This document shows positions 7,864-18,322 of a stretch of 64,000 bases of DNA, piece by piece. Where the stretch lies: the NCBI GenBank assembly GCA_038062675.1, contig JBBTWP010000005.1, forward strand, positions 43,844-107,843, given 5' to 3'. Numbering within the stretch: position 1 is the first letter of the stretch; the number at the start of each line of letters is the position of its first letter. Below the pieces are notes generated by a model, which was given only the letters and a program-made list of their open reading frames with translations, was not told where the DNA came from and made no database searches. Position numbers and translations under genes: made by a program. This stretch comes from Patescibacteria group bacterium. Lineage in GTDB: Bacteria; Patescibacteriota; Minisyncoccia; Phycocordibacterales; UBA1550.

Positions 7864-9981
7864 TTAAAGATTTTTTCCTGCCTCAATCCCTCGAATAAAC
7901 GACTCCCCTTTCTCTTTGAAAGTCGGATCAATCTCGATCGCTTTGCGTATCTCGGCAAGTGCTTGTGGGCGCCTACCAGTGTTCAAGTACAAGGATGCAA
8001 GATTGAGACGCACATCGATGTTCATCGGGGTTCGCGCAAGATCTTCCTTAAAAACCCTTTCTATCTCATCGTATTTTTTCATCTCAACCAATATTTGTAT
8101 GTAGAACTTTTTAGCATCTACGTACAAAGGTTCGAGTTCGTATGCGGTACGAAACACTTTCTCTGCCTCAGCAAAATCTTTTTTCACATACTGTGCATTT
8201 GCAAGCTCAAAGAGAATCGTTTGTTTTTTTGGCGAAAGCTCTACCGCTTTTTTCAAATACGGAAGTGCGTCATCAATCGCCCCAACACGAGAAAGAAATG
8301 AGCCGGCAAACACTTGGTAGCGAGCATCGTTTGGCAAAAGTTTTGCTTGTGCAACAATCTCCTGTGTCGCAAGTCTCAAAAAATCCTCTTGGTCTTTGGT
8401 AATCGCTTTTGACCTGTCGAGTCCGTTTATCGAGATTTGCGCAAGCTGCTCACGCGTCTCGCTCGTGCCATACGAATTATATGCAATCGCCTCTTTGAAA
8501 AGTGCGATGTTATGCGGGAGTCCACCATTTGATGTTTGATTGCTCATTGCATTAAGAAGTGTGGTGTTTTGAGCGATTCCTTTATAGTTGACCCCGTACA
8601 CCAACACTACTGCGAGCACAACCGCTCCACCCAAGATAAATGGTGCGAACTCGGACAATGATTCTTGCATTCGAGATGCATGCTTTGCGGAGACAACTCC
8701 TTCATGACTCAAGCTTTCAATGTATGCCAAAATGGCAAAGAAAACCATGAGACTGGTGATATTGTCGAAGACAAAAAGGTTTTGAAAAAAGTATCCACCC
8801 AAAAGCCCTGTAAGAACGCTTTTCTCAACGACAGACAGGGTCTTGTTACGACGCCAAATAGCATAAAGCGCAAACCCAAACAACCCAAGGTATGCAAGAA
8901 GTGCTGGGAGTCCGCCTGCAATCAGCCAGTCGAAAAACACATTGTGTGCTCGGTCGAACCACTGCTCTTGGCTATACATTCGCGGATTGTAATATTCATT
9001 GAAAACATAATTAAAGTTTTCCATTCCCCATCCGAGTACCGGATGTTCTTTGAAACCCTCTATTGCCATTCCCCAAATCATGAAGCGAGACTTGGTTGTT
9101 TGCTCGTCGAGAGATATTGAAGCAAAGCGGTTGAGCACCGGACTTTCGCGAACAAATGTCGCGTCGCGAACTGCCATAAATCCTCCAACAAAGAGCGTCA
9201 GCGCAACAAGGATGCCAATAGCGCCACGGCGAAGCAGAGTGCGCTCACGCTCAAAAATCGCGATGAGTAGCGTTGCAAGACCAGCCCCCGCAAGAAAACC
9301 AAGTATCGCACCGCGGGTGGCAGTATGATAGAGCACAAATATTTGGAGCGCCACGAGAAGTCCGTACATTGCAACACGCACTCGTTCCCCTGTGGTGGTA
9401 AAACTTTCGCGCACCATCAAAAACGCAGCAAGAAAAATATTGAAAAGTGCGTATGAACCAAGATATGCCGCATTACCGAGCGTACCATTCACGCGATTGC
9501 CATCCTGAACAATCTCAACCATTCCCGCCCACTGAAGAACCCCATATCCTGCCATAATAGCGCCCGCGACAAGATGCAGATTGAGGTAAGGACGCCAGAG
9601 GCCACGCACTGTGAGCACTGTAGAAGCAACCAAAAAATATGCAGCGAGGTGAAAGTATGTGACTACCCCCTCCATGCGCTCAAAGTTTGACCAAAAACTT
9701 TTAGTTGGATTTTCGCCAAAAATTGCGGCAAGAGTAATGATGCCAATAAAGACAGCGAGCGTAGCGAGCAAATGGCTTTTCTTTGGGCGATATGCCGGAT
9801 CGAGAATCGCTAGCACGAGCCACGCAGAGAACATGACCTCAACCACAATTCGGAACGCAAAGTTTTTCCCAACAATAAAAGGGAAGAAAGTTGAATTCGA
9901 CAAAATAATAAAGGGAATAAACGGGATGACCGCAAACCCCACAAGCACCACCGCATTCGCCAACATTTTTTGGATATTCAT
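7864..9981 (-). CDS. O-antigen ligase (Wzy_C/WaaL-PglL-like) membrane protein with C-terminal TPR repeats
   Basis: Many TM helices, RVNGTLGN, TRGA, HPVLGWG and DRAHN motifs, and a TPR tail. Start placed at MNIQK, downstream of TATAAT. Confidence 0.85.
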   Translation of the reverse strand: MNIQKMLANAVVLVGFAVIPFIPFIILSNSTFFPFIVGKNFAFRIVVEVMFSAWLVLAILDPAYRPKKSHLLATLAVFIGIITLAAIFGENPTKSFWSNFERMEGVVTYFHLAAYFLVASTVLTVRGLWRPYLNLHLVAGAIMAGYGVLQWAGMVEIVQDGNRVNGTLGNAAYLGSYALFNIFLAAFLMVRESFTTTGERVRVAMYGLLVALQIFVLYHTATRGAILGFLAGAGLATLLIAIFERERTLLRRGAIGILVALTLFVGGFMAVRDATFVRESPVLNRFASISLDEQTTKSRFMIWGMAIEGFKEHPVLGWGMENFNYVFNEYYNPRMYSQEQWFDRAHNVFFDWLIAGGLPALLAYLGLFGFALYAIWRRNKTLSVVEKSVLTGLLGGYFFQNLFVFDNITSLMVFFAILAYIESLSHEGVVSAKHASRMQESLSEFAPFILGGAVVLAVVLVYGVNYKGIAQNTTLLNAMSNQTSNGGLPHNIALFKEAIAYNSYGTSETREQLAQISINGLDRSKAITKDQEDFLRLATQEIVAQAKLLPNDARYQVFAGSFLSRVGAIDDALPYLKKAVELSPKKQTILFELANAQYVKKDFAEAEKVFRTAYELEPLYVDAKKFYIQILVEMKKYDEIERVFKEDLARTPMNIDVRLNLASLYLNTGRRPQALAEIRKAIEIDPTFKEKGESFIRGIEAGKNL

Positions 9982-10102
9982 AATACTGGGAATTATACCG
10001 CGTAGGGAGCGAGGATGCAAACAAAGCGGCAACATTTCTTCGCACACAAGAATACCGACTCATGCTACCCAACAATGCCCGAATAGTGTAGCATATCCAT
10101 AT

Positions 10103-11404
10103 ATGAAAAATCTTATTGAGCGAGCCAAAATCACAGCATACCAGCTTCTCCGCAAAAGCGAGAAATATACCAAAACAGACATGGTCTATCTCACCAAGGG
10201 CGGTTTTTGGCTTGGAGTAGGGCAAATAATTTCCTCGGTAGCAATTTTTTCACTAGCAATCGCTTTTGCGAACCTTATGTCGCAAGAAACTTATGGAACA
10301 TACAAATATGTCTTATCAATAACAGGGCTCCTCACCATACTAACATTAAGGGGGGTGGACTCTGCAGTACTTCAATCAGTTGCCCGCAATTTTGAGGGAG
10401 TACTTATTCCTGCATTAAAGACGAGGATAAGGTGGGGGCTTCTCAGTGCCACCAGCAGTATATGTATTGCAATATATTATTACATCAACGGAAATAATAC
10501 ACTCGCTATATCCTTTTTGATTGCGTCAGGATTTTTACCTTTTATAGATTCATTCGGAATCTATAACGCCCTTTTAAACGGCAAGAAACTATTCCACCTG
10601 TCAGCCACTTATGCGGCAATCAGCCAGATCGGTAGCGCTATTACAATGGCTGGAAGTTTATTTTTTACAAAAAATTTATTCACCATTCTCTTTGTATATT
10701 TTTTATCATGGACATTATTTCGTTTTGTCTTTTTTATGGTCACCATAAAAAAATTCCCGCCGAACAACAAAATTGATCCAGAGACCATCCCCTATGGAAA
10801 GCACTCGAGTCTGATCAACATCTTTGACGCTCTTGTTAGCTCCGTGGATGGATTGATTGTGTTTCACTATCTTGGTTCAGTCAATCTGGCAATATATTCT
10901 TTTGCGCTTGCTCCTGTTGTCCAAATAAGAGGTCTTTTAAACAACATCCCTACTCTTGCCATACCAAAATTATCAGCTCGGTCCTCAATTGAAATTGAAG
11001 TGGTGCTCAGGAAAAGAATCCTTGCATTATTTGCACTAGGGGCTTTCATTTCTCTTGCGTACATTCTTGTTGCGCCATATATTTATCAAATATTTTTCCC
11101 CAAATATATTGACTCTGTATTTTCTTCACAATTATTCTCCCTCGCAATTGCATTATCCCTACCACAAGTGATTTTCGGCTCAACAGTAGGATCTAAGCTT
11201 ACGCTTATCCCAAAAAAAATGCTTTACTTGTGGAATATACCGGGGGTTATATTCATCATTTCTGTCCTAACTCTTATTGGAGCATTCGGCGTGAATGGCG
11301 TTATTTTCAGCAGACTACTTTCAATTACCTCTGGGTTTGTTATCAACTGCATTATCTGGAAAAAAATAAAAAAGATTGAAGCTGAAAGTATGCTGAAAAT
11401 CTAA
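10103..11404 (+). CDS. wzx: Oligosaccharide flippase (Wzx family)
   Basis: Polytopic protein with a LMSQETYGTYKYVLS first-loop motif and YLGSVNLAIYSFA. Start placed at MKNLIER; the track's 9659 start overlaps the opposite-strand gene. Confidence 0.8.
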   Translation: MKNLIERAKITAYQLLRKSEKYTKTDMVYLTKGGFWLGVGQIISSVAIFSLAIAFANLMSQETYGTYKYVLSITGLLTILTLRGVDSAVLQSVARNFEGVLIPALKTRIRWGLLSATSSICIAIYYYINGNNTLAISFLIASGFLPFIDSFGIYNALLNGKKLFHLSATYAAISQIGSAITMAGSLFFTKNLFTILFVYFLSWTLFRFVFFMVTIKKFPPNNKIDPETIPYGKHSSLINIFDALVSSVDGLIVFHYLGSVNLAIYSFALAPVVQIRGLLNNIPTLAIPKLSARSSIEIEVVLRKRILALFALGAFISLAYILVAPYIYQIFFPKYIDSVFSSQLFSLAIALSLPQVIFGSTVGSKLTLIPKKMLYLWNIPGVIFIISVLTLIGAFGVNGVIFSRLLSITSGFVINCIIWKKIKKIEAESMLKI

Positions 11405-11439
11405 ATTAGGAGAGATTTTCCACCTCGATATACTTATCA

Positions 11440-12258
11440 TTATTTCTTTAGTATATCTCGCTTCCAGCACTGCACCCCTTCAGATGGTTTAAGACCAGCA
11501 AACAATTCAACAAGAAACGCATCAAGTGACCGCATGAAAGCGTATTTAAACCCAAGAGCGCCATCTTTATAAAGCTTACGAGTAAAATAAATTTTCTTAA
11601 AACGAAAGGAGAAATACCATACACCGCGGACAAAGTGCCCAAAAAAAGACTTCGTCTTTGGGACACGGTCAATTTGAAGCTCCAACTGAAAGAAAATTCG
11701 CTGTGGCCGCATCACATAGTGGTTCCATCGTTGCTCGTGAGAAATAATTCCTGAAAAACTTTTTGTTGAAACTTGATGTGCGAGCTGCTCGTGTACCCTC
11801 GATAACTCATCAAGTCCATATTGTATGCCTGAGTCACGTTTTATGATACGCTCGGGATAATCGACGAGGTGCGGAAGCAATTCATCTTTTCGGGCAACAC
11901 TCGCCACAGTCGGACTCTCGACCAAAATGAAATCGTGCACCGTTTGCTTAAACTCATCTGTTAATCGCTCATCCGCATCAAGAACAATGACGTAATCTTT
12001 CGTCGCATTGTCTATGGAAAAATTCTTTGCAACACCGTAATGGAATCCTCCTGCAGACACATATTTAAGGAAGCGTATGTTTACTGATTTGTGTGCAGAA
12101 ATAAAATTCTCGATACACACAACAGTGTCATCTGTTGAACCAGTGTCAACAATAACAATTTCATCCGCGAACCCATCAAGCGAGGTAAGGAAATCCTCGA
12201 TGCGCTCGCGCTCGTTCTTAACAATCGTGCAAACTGAAATAGTTGGATTCTGTTTCAT
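11440..12258 (-). CDS. Glycosyltransferase family 2
   Basis: IVKNE, VDTGSTD and LDADE (DxD) motifs. Confidence 0.9.
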   Translation of the reverse strand: MKQNPTISVCTIVKNERERIEDFLTSLDGFADEIVIVDTGSTDDTVVCIENFISAHKSVNIRFLKYVSAGGFHYGVAKNFSIDNATKDYVIVLDADERLTDEFKQTVHDFILVESPTVASVARKDELLPHLVDYPERIIKRDSGIQYGLDELSRVHEQLAHQVSTKSFSGIISHEQRWNHYVMRPQRIFFQLELQIDRVPKTKSFFGHFVRGVWYFSFRFKKIYFTRKLYKDGALGFKYAFMRSLDAFLVELFAGLKPSEGVQCWKRDILKK

Positions 12259-12263
12259 AGTAA

Positions 12264-13364
12264 TTACTGCTTGAGAATCCTAGACCTTGCTTTCTCGTTT
12301 TTAGTTTTCAAAATCAGTTGGATTATTTTTTCATGCACATACTGTGCAATTTTTTTATGACTGAAATTATCTCTCACCATTCGTGTTCCCTCTTGCTGTA
12401 TACTCTTCAGCTTGTCAGGATTATTTAAGTAATAAGTGACCTTTTTTTTGAAATCATCAACATCAAACTCCCTATGTTTAATACAGTTAACGCCGTCGAT
12501 AAAACCGAGGTCTGAAAAACATTGATGATCCGAGCAAACCAAAACAGAACCACTTGCAGGACCTTCAAATGTTTTACCTGAAGGGAAATATTGCAAACTT
12601 TCGCAATTAACAAACATCTTATAGTCGTTGAGTATTTTAACGATATCGTATTTAAAGTTTTTTGTCTCTGGGTAATCGGGCAACCTGCTGTCCATTATAT
12701 CTTCTAAATTTCTTTCATTTTCCTTGAGCATCCGCCTGAATTTATGCATGAATTTTTCTCCTCGGCTCAAAAAAAAATTATTTGTCTCCTTGAGCTCATC
12801 TATGTTATGAACAGGGTCATCAAACGAATTAACCGAACCAAGCGCAACACACTTGTTTTTTCTCTCTTCAAAAAGTTTAACGTCCTTAAATCTTTCACCA
12901 AAACCAAACGGTACTGGAATAACCCTCCCTATAAAAGATGGGTACTTCTCTTTAAAAAAGTTGCAATATTTACCATGATCATTGTATCCAAACACATAAT
13001 CAACCCCATTTGCTTTTAAAATTTCATGACTCAGCGAAGGATAAAAAGTATAGTCCATGAGGTGATTCACTTTTAGTTTCCTAAATCCCTTTATTGGCCA
13101 ATTTTCTTCAAGATACGAATTACCGTTAAAACAGACGAGTGCGTCTGCCAGGATGTTTAATTTATTTTGAGAAAAAACAACCTTAAAAGAAAGCGGGTTT
13201 AATTTGTATTTATAAAAAAACTTCGGTAAATATCTTACATACTTTACATTCGAGACGAAGATGATGGGCTTGTACATCTTTATAAAATCTAGAGTCCATC
13301 CGTTAACATTCGTCAAGTCACAGAACATCGGATTTTGTATAGCAATTTTTATTTTGTGCTCCAT
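12264..13364 (-). CDS. Glycosyltransferase, CgeB/Glyco_trans_1_2-like
   Basis: C-terminal KTFEGPASG...FIDGVNC...YYLNNPD pattern, and cluster context. Confidence 0.65.
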   Translation of the reverse strand: MEHKIKIAIQNPMFCDLTNVNGWTLDFIKMYKPIIFVSNVKYVRYLPKFFYKYKLNPLSFKVVFSQNKLNILADALVCFNGNSYLEENWPIKGFRKLKVNHLMDYTFYPSLSHEILKANGVDYVFGYNDHGKYCNFFKEKYPSFIGRVIPVPFGFGERFKDVKLFEERKNKCVALGSVNSFDDPVHNIDELKETNNFFLSRGEKFMHKFRRMLKENERNLEDIMDSRLPDYPETKNFKYDIVKILNDYKMFVNCESLQYFPSGKTFEGPASGSVLVCSDHQCFSDLGFIDGVNCIKHREFDVDDFKKKVTYYLNNPDKLKSIQQEGTRMVRDNFSHKKIAQYVHEKIIQLILKTKNEKARSRILKQ

Positions 13365-13396
13365 AATGATCCTTGTTTATATATGTACCTTATTTT

Positions 13397-14305
13397 TTAT
13401 TTAACCATTATAAACATTTCGTGATTTAATGGTTTTGAAATTTTCATCAATTCCACGAAACCTAAGTAGCAGTACGGAACTACCTTGCCAAAAGAACCTA
13501 TTTTTTTTATCAGAGAAAATTCGTTATTTAATTGGTAATCAATATAGTTAACCCTTGGTTCGATTTGAACATCTTCAGCCGTAACACTATTGCTCATGCC
13601 AAGTTTATATTTAATATATTTTTTTGTTTTCATATAAACATTTAGCAGGTAACTAAGTGCTTTTACTCTTAAAGCTACGCTTATGATTATGCCTTTAAAT
13701 AAATTTTTGATCCTTGTTTGTAAAGGTGTGTATATTGACCCAGAATAACCAAATAAATATTGGAAATCATTATCTATCCTTTCAATAAAAGTAAACCGCC
13801 TAGTAGTCGTTGGTTCATGCAAACCAACGTAAACACCGCCTGGTTTCAACATTGATTTTATTAACTGAACTCCCCCCTCGATGTCAACCAAATGGTGAAG
13901 AAATGATGCACTAAAAATTATGTCAAATTCGTTTTTATGTTTATCAGCAAAAAACTCCAGGGCTGCAACTTCATAAACAGCCTTTCTGTCTTTTGTTTTC
14001 AAACGAGCAACATTGATCATTTTGGGGCTCAAATCTATCCCGTAAAATTTTGAAGCGCCATTTAATAACACTAAGTCTGTGAAAGTTCCAGTTCCACATC
14101 CGACCTCAAGCACAGAAGCATCCTTAAAATCTTTACCTTTGTTATTGCACGCATCCTTTAATAACCGCCAGTAGTACGCGCGAGTGCTGGACCTATGTAT
14201 ATAGGGAACATTCCTGTCATGCATCTCTGCATGGAAATCGTGCGCTTTTGCATTTGCCTCATGAACCATAGCCACCACCTCATCGTCACTAAATTGTTTT
14301 TTCAT
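13397..14305 (-). CDS. Class I SAM-dependent methyltransferase
   Basis: VLEVGCGTG, FDII..LHH and LKPGG motifs. Confidence 0.9.
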   Translation of the reverse strand: MKKQFSDDEVVAMVHEANAKAHDFHAEMHDRNVPYIHRSSTRAYYWRLLKDACNNKGKDFKDASVLEVGCGTGTFTDLVLLNGASKFYGIDLSPKMINVARLKTKDRKAVYEVAALEFFADKHKNEFDIIFSASFLHHLVDIEGGVQLIKSMLKPGGVYVGLHEPTTTRRFTFIERIDNDFQYLFGYSGSIYTPLQTRIKNLFKGIIISVALRVKALSYLLNVYMKTKKYIKYKLGMSNSVTAEDVQIEPRVNYIDYQLNNEFSLIKKIGSFGKVVPYCYLGFVELMKISKPLNHEMFIMVK

Positions 14306-14315
14306 GTTTTATAAA

Positions 14316-15134
14316 TTATTCTTTATCAATCAACAGAGATTCTGAAGCTAAGGTCATTTTTAATTTATCCGGATATGCAGTACATATACCATAAATTCCC
14401 CATTTATTCAAATCTCTCCAAACATTTTCATACCCATTTTCTGATTGCGGGTGACCATGTTCTCTGTGTAACTCTGGAGAAATAGCATAAATTTTTTTGC
14501 CGGTTTCGTGCACTTCATTAATTAATGCCTTATTCAAAACACTTCCTTGTATTTTCCACTCATCAAGCCAAATATAGTTAAAATTATCAAGATTAGAGAC
14601 TATTTCCTCCCATCGATAGACCGTAGGACTATAATTGCTCTCTCCAACAGACAGAGCTATGGGGATTTTGTCGTTTATTTTTTTAAGTTTTTTTGCATTT
14701 ACCAGAGTCAGGTCAAAAATAAGTGCTTTTTGGTACAAATCATAATTTCTGAAAACTTGAGCCATTGATTGTAGCATTTCTTCTGTCTGTTCTTCGTATT
14801 TTAAATGAATAGCAGCTTTTTGACCAACAGGTAAATCACTTGTTATAAGTTCACAAACTTCATCAATTGTTGGTATTCTGGCCCCCGCAAACTGCAGATT
14901 AAGGTGCCTACCAACATCTAGCCTGCGTAATTCTGCCAAAGACACCGAGGAGACATCCATGTGTTTCTCCGTAAATTTCCACAGATCACTATCATGGACG
15001 ACAACGACCTTTTTATCCATTGTCATCCTCACGTCAAACTCAATACCAAAACCACCCAAAAACGCTTTTTTGAACGCCGGTATCGTGTTCTCTGGCATTT
15101 CGTTCTTCATTCCGCGGTGAGCAAAAATAATCAT
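14316..15134 (-). CDS. Glycerophosphodiester phosphodiesterase family protein
   Basis: AHRG..PENT, IEFDV and VVHD motifs, plus a C-terminal ISPELH. Confidence 0.85.
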   Translation of the reverse strand: MIIFAHRGMKNEMPENTIPAFKKAFLGGFGIEFDVRMTMDKKVVVVHDSDLWKFTEKHMDVSSVSLAELRRLDVGRHLNLQFAGARIPTIDEVCELITSDLPVGQKAAIHLKYEEQTEEMLQSMAQVFRNYDLYQKALIFDLTLVNAKKLKKINDKIPIALSVGESNYSPTVYRWEEIVSNLDNFNYIWLDEWKIQGSVLNKALINEVHETGKKIYAISPELHREHGHPQSENGYENVWRDLNKWGIYGICTAYPDKLKMTLASESLLIDKE

Positions 15135-15154
15135 AAATAAAGACTTATTTTAAT

Positions 15155-16084
15155 CTACCGAACCCTACGCCACACACTACTAAATGACATTTTTATTTTA
15201 TACAAAAAAATGTCTACTGAATCTAAGAATGATGTATGGAAAATAATGATTTTTGCACTATCTTTATTTAAATAGCTTGTCAATGCCTTTTCTTCCAAAT
15301 CTGAGAGGTGTTTCTTTAATCTTGCTAGCGCAAAATATCTTGCGTGTATTTCCTCAATTTTAGCAAATAAACTAGCTTTATATTTTTGTAAATGCTTCCT
15401 TTGTAGCAAAGAAAAATTGCCGATATTTTCATCAATACACAAAGCATCATTGTTGGAAGCTAAATTAATATAAAACATATAGTCAGAAGTAAAATCAAAA
15501 CTCTCGTTAAAACGAATACCGCTTACTGCGTTTTTCGAAAACATACATGAAAGCGGGGCACCAACCCAATTTCCATTTTTTACAAAAAGCATCAGCCCGT
15601 CCCTTGGAGTTAAATATTTTTCCTCACTAAAAGTCTGAACTTTTTTTACTAAATCTTTTTCAGTAGCACGATATCCAGCAACAACAATCCCGAGCTTATC
15701 ATCGTACTTATTGAAACCATTCAGTAATATCTCAAGACCGGCTTTTTGTAGTGTATCGCCGGTAAACAAAAATTTTAAGTAATCAAAGTCACTCAATAAA
15801 AACAATTCGATGCATTTATTCCAGTTTTGAATCCGTCCAAGGTTTAAAGGATTAGCAACAAATTCTATTTTTTCAGAATTATCATTGACGCGACGCATGT
15901 TTTCAACAATACCAGCAGTCCTGTCAGTTGAACAATTATCAACGACCAAAATTTTATAGTTTTTTATTGATTGATTAAGGACGCTCTGAATGGTTACCAC
16001 AATAGACTCTTCTGCGTTATAAGAAGGGACGCACACAAGTATTTTATCTCGTTTCCTCGCATTTTTATTACTAGAAATATGCAT
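15155..16084 (-). CDS. Glycosyltransferase family 2
   Basis: VPSYN, VVDNCSTD and NWN motifs. Confidence 0.85.
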   Translation of the reverse strand: MHISSNKNARKRDKILVCVPSYNAEESIVVTIQSVLNQSIKNYKILVVDNCSTDRTAGIVENMRRVNDNSEKIEFVANPLNLGRIQNWNKCIELFLLSDFDYLKFLFTGDTLQKAGLEILLNGFNKYDDKLGIVVAGYRATEKDLVKKVQTFSEEKYLTPRDGLMLFVKNGNWVGAPLSCMFSKNAVSGIRFNESFDFTSDYMFYINLASNNDALCIDENIGNFSLLQRKHLQKYKASLFAKIEEIHARYFALARLKKHLSDLEEKALTSYLNKDSAKIIIFHTSFLDSVDIFLYKIKMSFSSVWRRVR

Positions 16085-16830
16085 TATATCTTTATTTTTC
16101 CTTCCTCTATTTTCTTCAGAAATGCGTCTAGATCTTCTGGAGTTCCGAGTCCATGCATTTTCCCTGCATCAATATTATAAATATAAATTTTATCTCCCTT
16201 AAGAATGAGCTCATTGTACACGGGGCAAACGTAGAATTCATTGTTATGGCGAATATCTTTATGGATCATCGACTGCGCTCCTTCTACAAAATCGCTACCT
16301 TTTTTGTAATAATAGATGCCCACAGTTGCTTTATCAGAAATCACTTTCTTTTCTGCAACTTCGAGCACCTTCCCTGAGTCATCAACACGAGAATAACTCC
16401 ACTTTGGGTGACTTGCTTTAAATGTCATCATAAGCCCATCCTTGTTATTCACCCTTGATTCTTTAATAAAATCATTAATATCAAATTCGATGAATTGGTC
16501 CGAGTTGGCGACAATTAATTCATCATCGTTATTGATATATTGCGCAGCCGTTAAAACAGTGCAAGCGGCTCCTTGCGTGATACCATTCAACAGGACAACT
16601 TCAAAGTTATTACCGGTCGCGTTCTTTAGGACATTATGAAGATCGTATTTTTCATAATGTCCTCTTTGGCAAATGAGAATAAACTTATGCTCACATTTAG
16701 GTTTTAGATTTCTAATAACGACTTCAATCATCGTTTCTCCATTAATATCAATAAGTGGCTTAGGAAATGCGTAGCCAGCATCTTGGAAACGAGAGCCTCT
16801 TCCGGCCATAGGGATGACAATATTAAGCAT
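16084..16830 (-). CDS. Sugar-phosphate nucleotidyltransferase (GT-A fold)
   Basis: IPMAGRGSRF..PKPLI, NSDQ, VAEK and GLGTPEDL motifs. Confidence 0.85.
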   Translation of the reverse strand: MLNIVIPMAGRGSRFQDAGYAFPKPLIDINGETMIEVVIRNLKPKCEHKFILICQRGHYEKYDLHNVLKNATGNNFEVVLLNGITQGAACTVLTAAQYINNDDELIVANSDQFIEFDINDFIKESRVNNKDGLMMTFKASHPKWSYSRVDDSGKVLEVAEKKVISDKATVGIYYYKKGSDFVEGAQSMIHKDIRHNNEFYVCPVYNELILKGDKIYIYNIDAGKMHGLGTPEDLDAFLKKIEEGKIKI

Positions 16831-16842
16831 AGAATAATTTAT

Positions 16843-17475
16843 TTATTTTAATAAAACGTTTTCAAACAAGGACAGGGTCACATCATCGACATCTCGGACT
16901 TCATATACGGTTGCACCACTTGCTTTCCCTGATGCAATACCATGAGGAGAGTCTTCGACAATAATGCACTCCTCAGGAGAGACGTGGAGCTTTCCAAACG
17001 CCACCTGATATATTTCAGGGCTTGGCTTCGGGTTTGCCACCTCATCGTTCCCAATGATTATATCAAAAAAATCGAATAACTGGGCAGATTTTAACATCAA
17101 ATGAAGTGTTTCTTTCGTTGAGTTTGAACAACACCCCAGCTTAAAGCCCTGCTCTTTGAGGTGGCGTAAGAGAATAATCTTTGAGTAGTCTGGTGCGCAA
17201 TATTGGGGAATAATTTCTTTTGTGTATTTTTGCTTTATGCCGTTAATGAACTCTCTTAAACCAATTGGTAAGCGTTTCTGCTGCTCAAGCGTTTCCAGCT
17301 TTTTTCTTGTAGGCAGACCATTAAAATGACCATAATGTTCTTCTTCGTTTATGTGTACACCAAAAAGCCCCAGGGCTTTATTGAGCGCTTCATAGTGCCC
17401 GACGGGCATATTTACCAGTACGCCGTCCAAATCAAATAGGACCGCCTTAATTTCTCCAAGGTTAACATTATTCAT
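16843..17475 (-). CDS. HAD family phosphatase (beta-PGM-like)
   Basis: FDLDGVL, SNS, KPSP and EDS..G motifs. Confidence 0.9.
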   Translation of the reverse strand: MNNVNLGEIKAVLFDLDGVLVNMPVGHYEALNKALGLFGVHINEEEHYGHFNGLPTRKKLETLEQQKRLPIGLREFINGIKQKYTKEIIPQYCAPDYSKIILLRHLKEQGFKLGCCSNSTKETLHLMLKSAQLFDFFDIIIGNDEVANPKPSPEIYQVAFGKLHVSPEECIIVEDSPHGIASGKASGATVYEVRDVDDVTLSLFENVLLK

Positions 17476-17509
17476 AAGATTGCACAGTAATAGATTACCA
17501 AAATACTGA

Positions 17510-18322
17510 CTATTTTTCAATCTCGAACGTGGTACCATACCCAAAATTCCTCAAAACGCCATTTTTTTTATGAGCATCAAAAAATTTTATGAACGGTAAT
17601 AAAAATTCAAAATAAGGCAAACAAATACTCGATGCTTCATACGAAATTAATTTATAGCCATTCTTTTTGATTTTTCTTTTCATAACCCAGGGGAATCTGA
17701 AAACATGCGGGACTCCATCATTCCCCGCATATGATTCGTCGACACCCTCCTGGTTCAATATGAGAGCACGGCACATTTTTAAAAAACCAAAAGGTAGTGC
17801 AACAAAAGACCTCACCCCTTTCAAATAAAACCATCCGTGCCCAACCTGTACCAAAGAACACATGTTCAAGATTGTTGGTATCGCAACAACAGCGCGTTTC
17901 TTAGTGACCCTCATTATCTCTCTTAACCCCTGATCAAAATCAGGGAGATGTTCAAGTACGTGTGAGCTCACCACGAGATCAAACGTACTATCTGGAAATG
18001 GCAATTTTTCTGCATCGCCAACCAAAAAATTCGTGTTCATTTCAACATTATTTTCAATTGCATACAATTTTGATTTTTCAACATTTGGCCTAGACAAATC
18101 ACAACCTGTCACCACTGCACCCTTTTTTGCCATCATTATAGAGAGCACTCCCTCACCACACCCTGCATCAAGCACCTTCATCCCGGGAGTAACGAAGTTC
18201 AGTATGCTTTCATATTGCTTAACGTGAGCATATTGTCGCAAACGATACGGTGAACGTAGCCTCTTATCTATAATTTCATCAGCATAATCGCTGTAAAAAT
18301 TTTTTATGTCTTTACTTTGCAT
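17510..18322 (-). CDS. Class I SAM-dependent methyltransferase
   Basis: VLDAGCGEG and LPFPDSTFDLV..HVLEH motifs. Confidence 0.9.
   Translation of the reverse strand: MQSKDIKNFYSDYADEIIDKRLRSPYRLRQYAHVKQYESILNFVTPGMKVLDAGCGEGVLSIMMAKKGAVVTGCDLSRPNVEKSKLYAIENNVEMNTNFLVGDAEKLPFPDSTFDLVVSSHVLEHLPDFDQGLREIMRVTKKRAVVAIPTILNMCSLVQVGHGWFYLKGVRSFVALPFGFLKMCRALILNQEGVDESYAGNDGVPHVFRFPWVMKRKIKKNGYKLISYEASSICLPYFEFLLPFIKFFDAHKKNGVLRNFGYGTTFEIEK

Noticed and set aside
9659-10102. N-terminal extension of wzx and of the ligase ORF to 10047
   Set aside because: The extensions overlap each other on opposite strands. Better starts with promoter boxes lie at 10103 and 9981.
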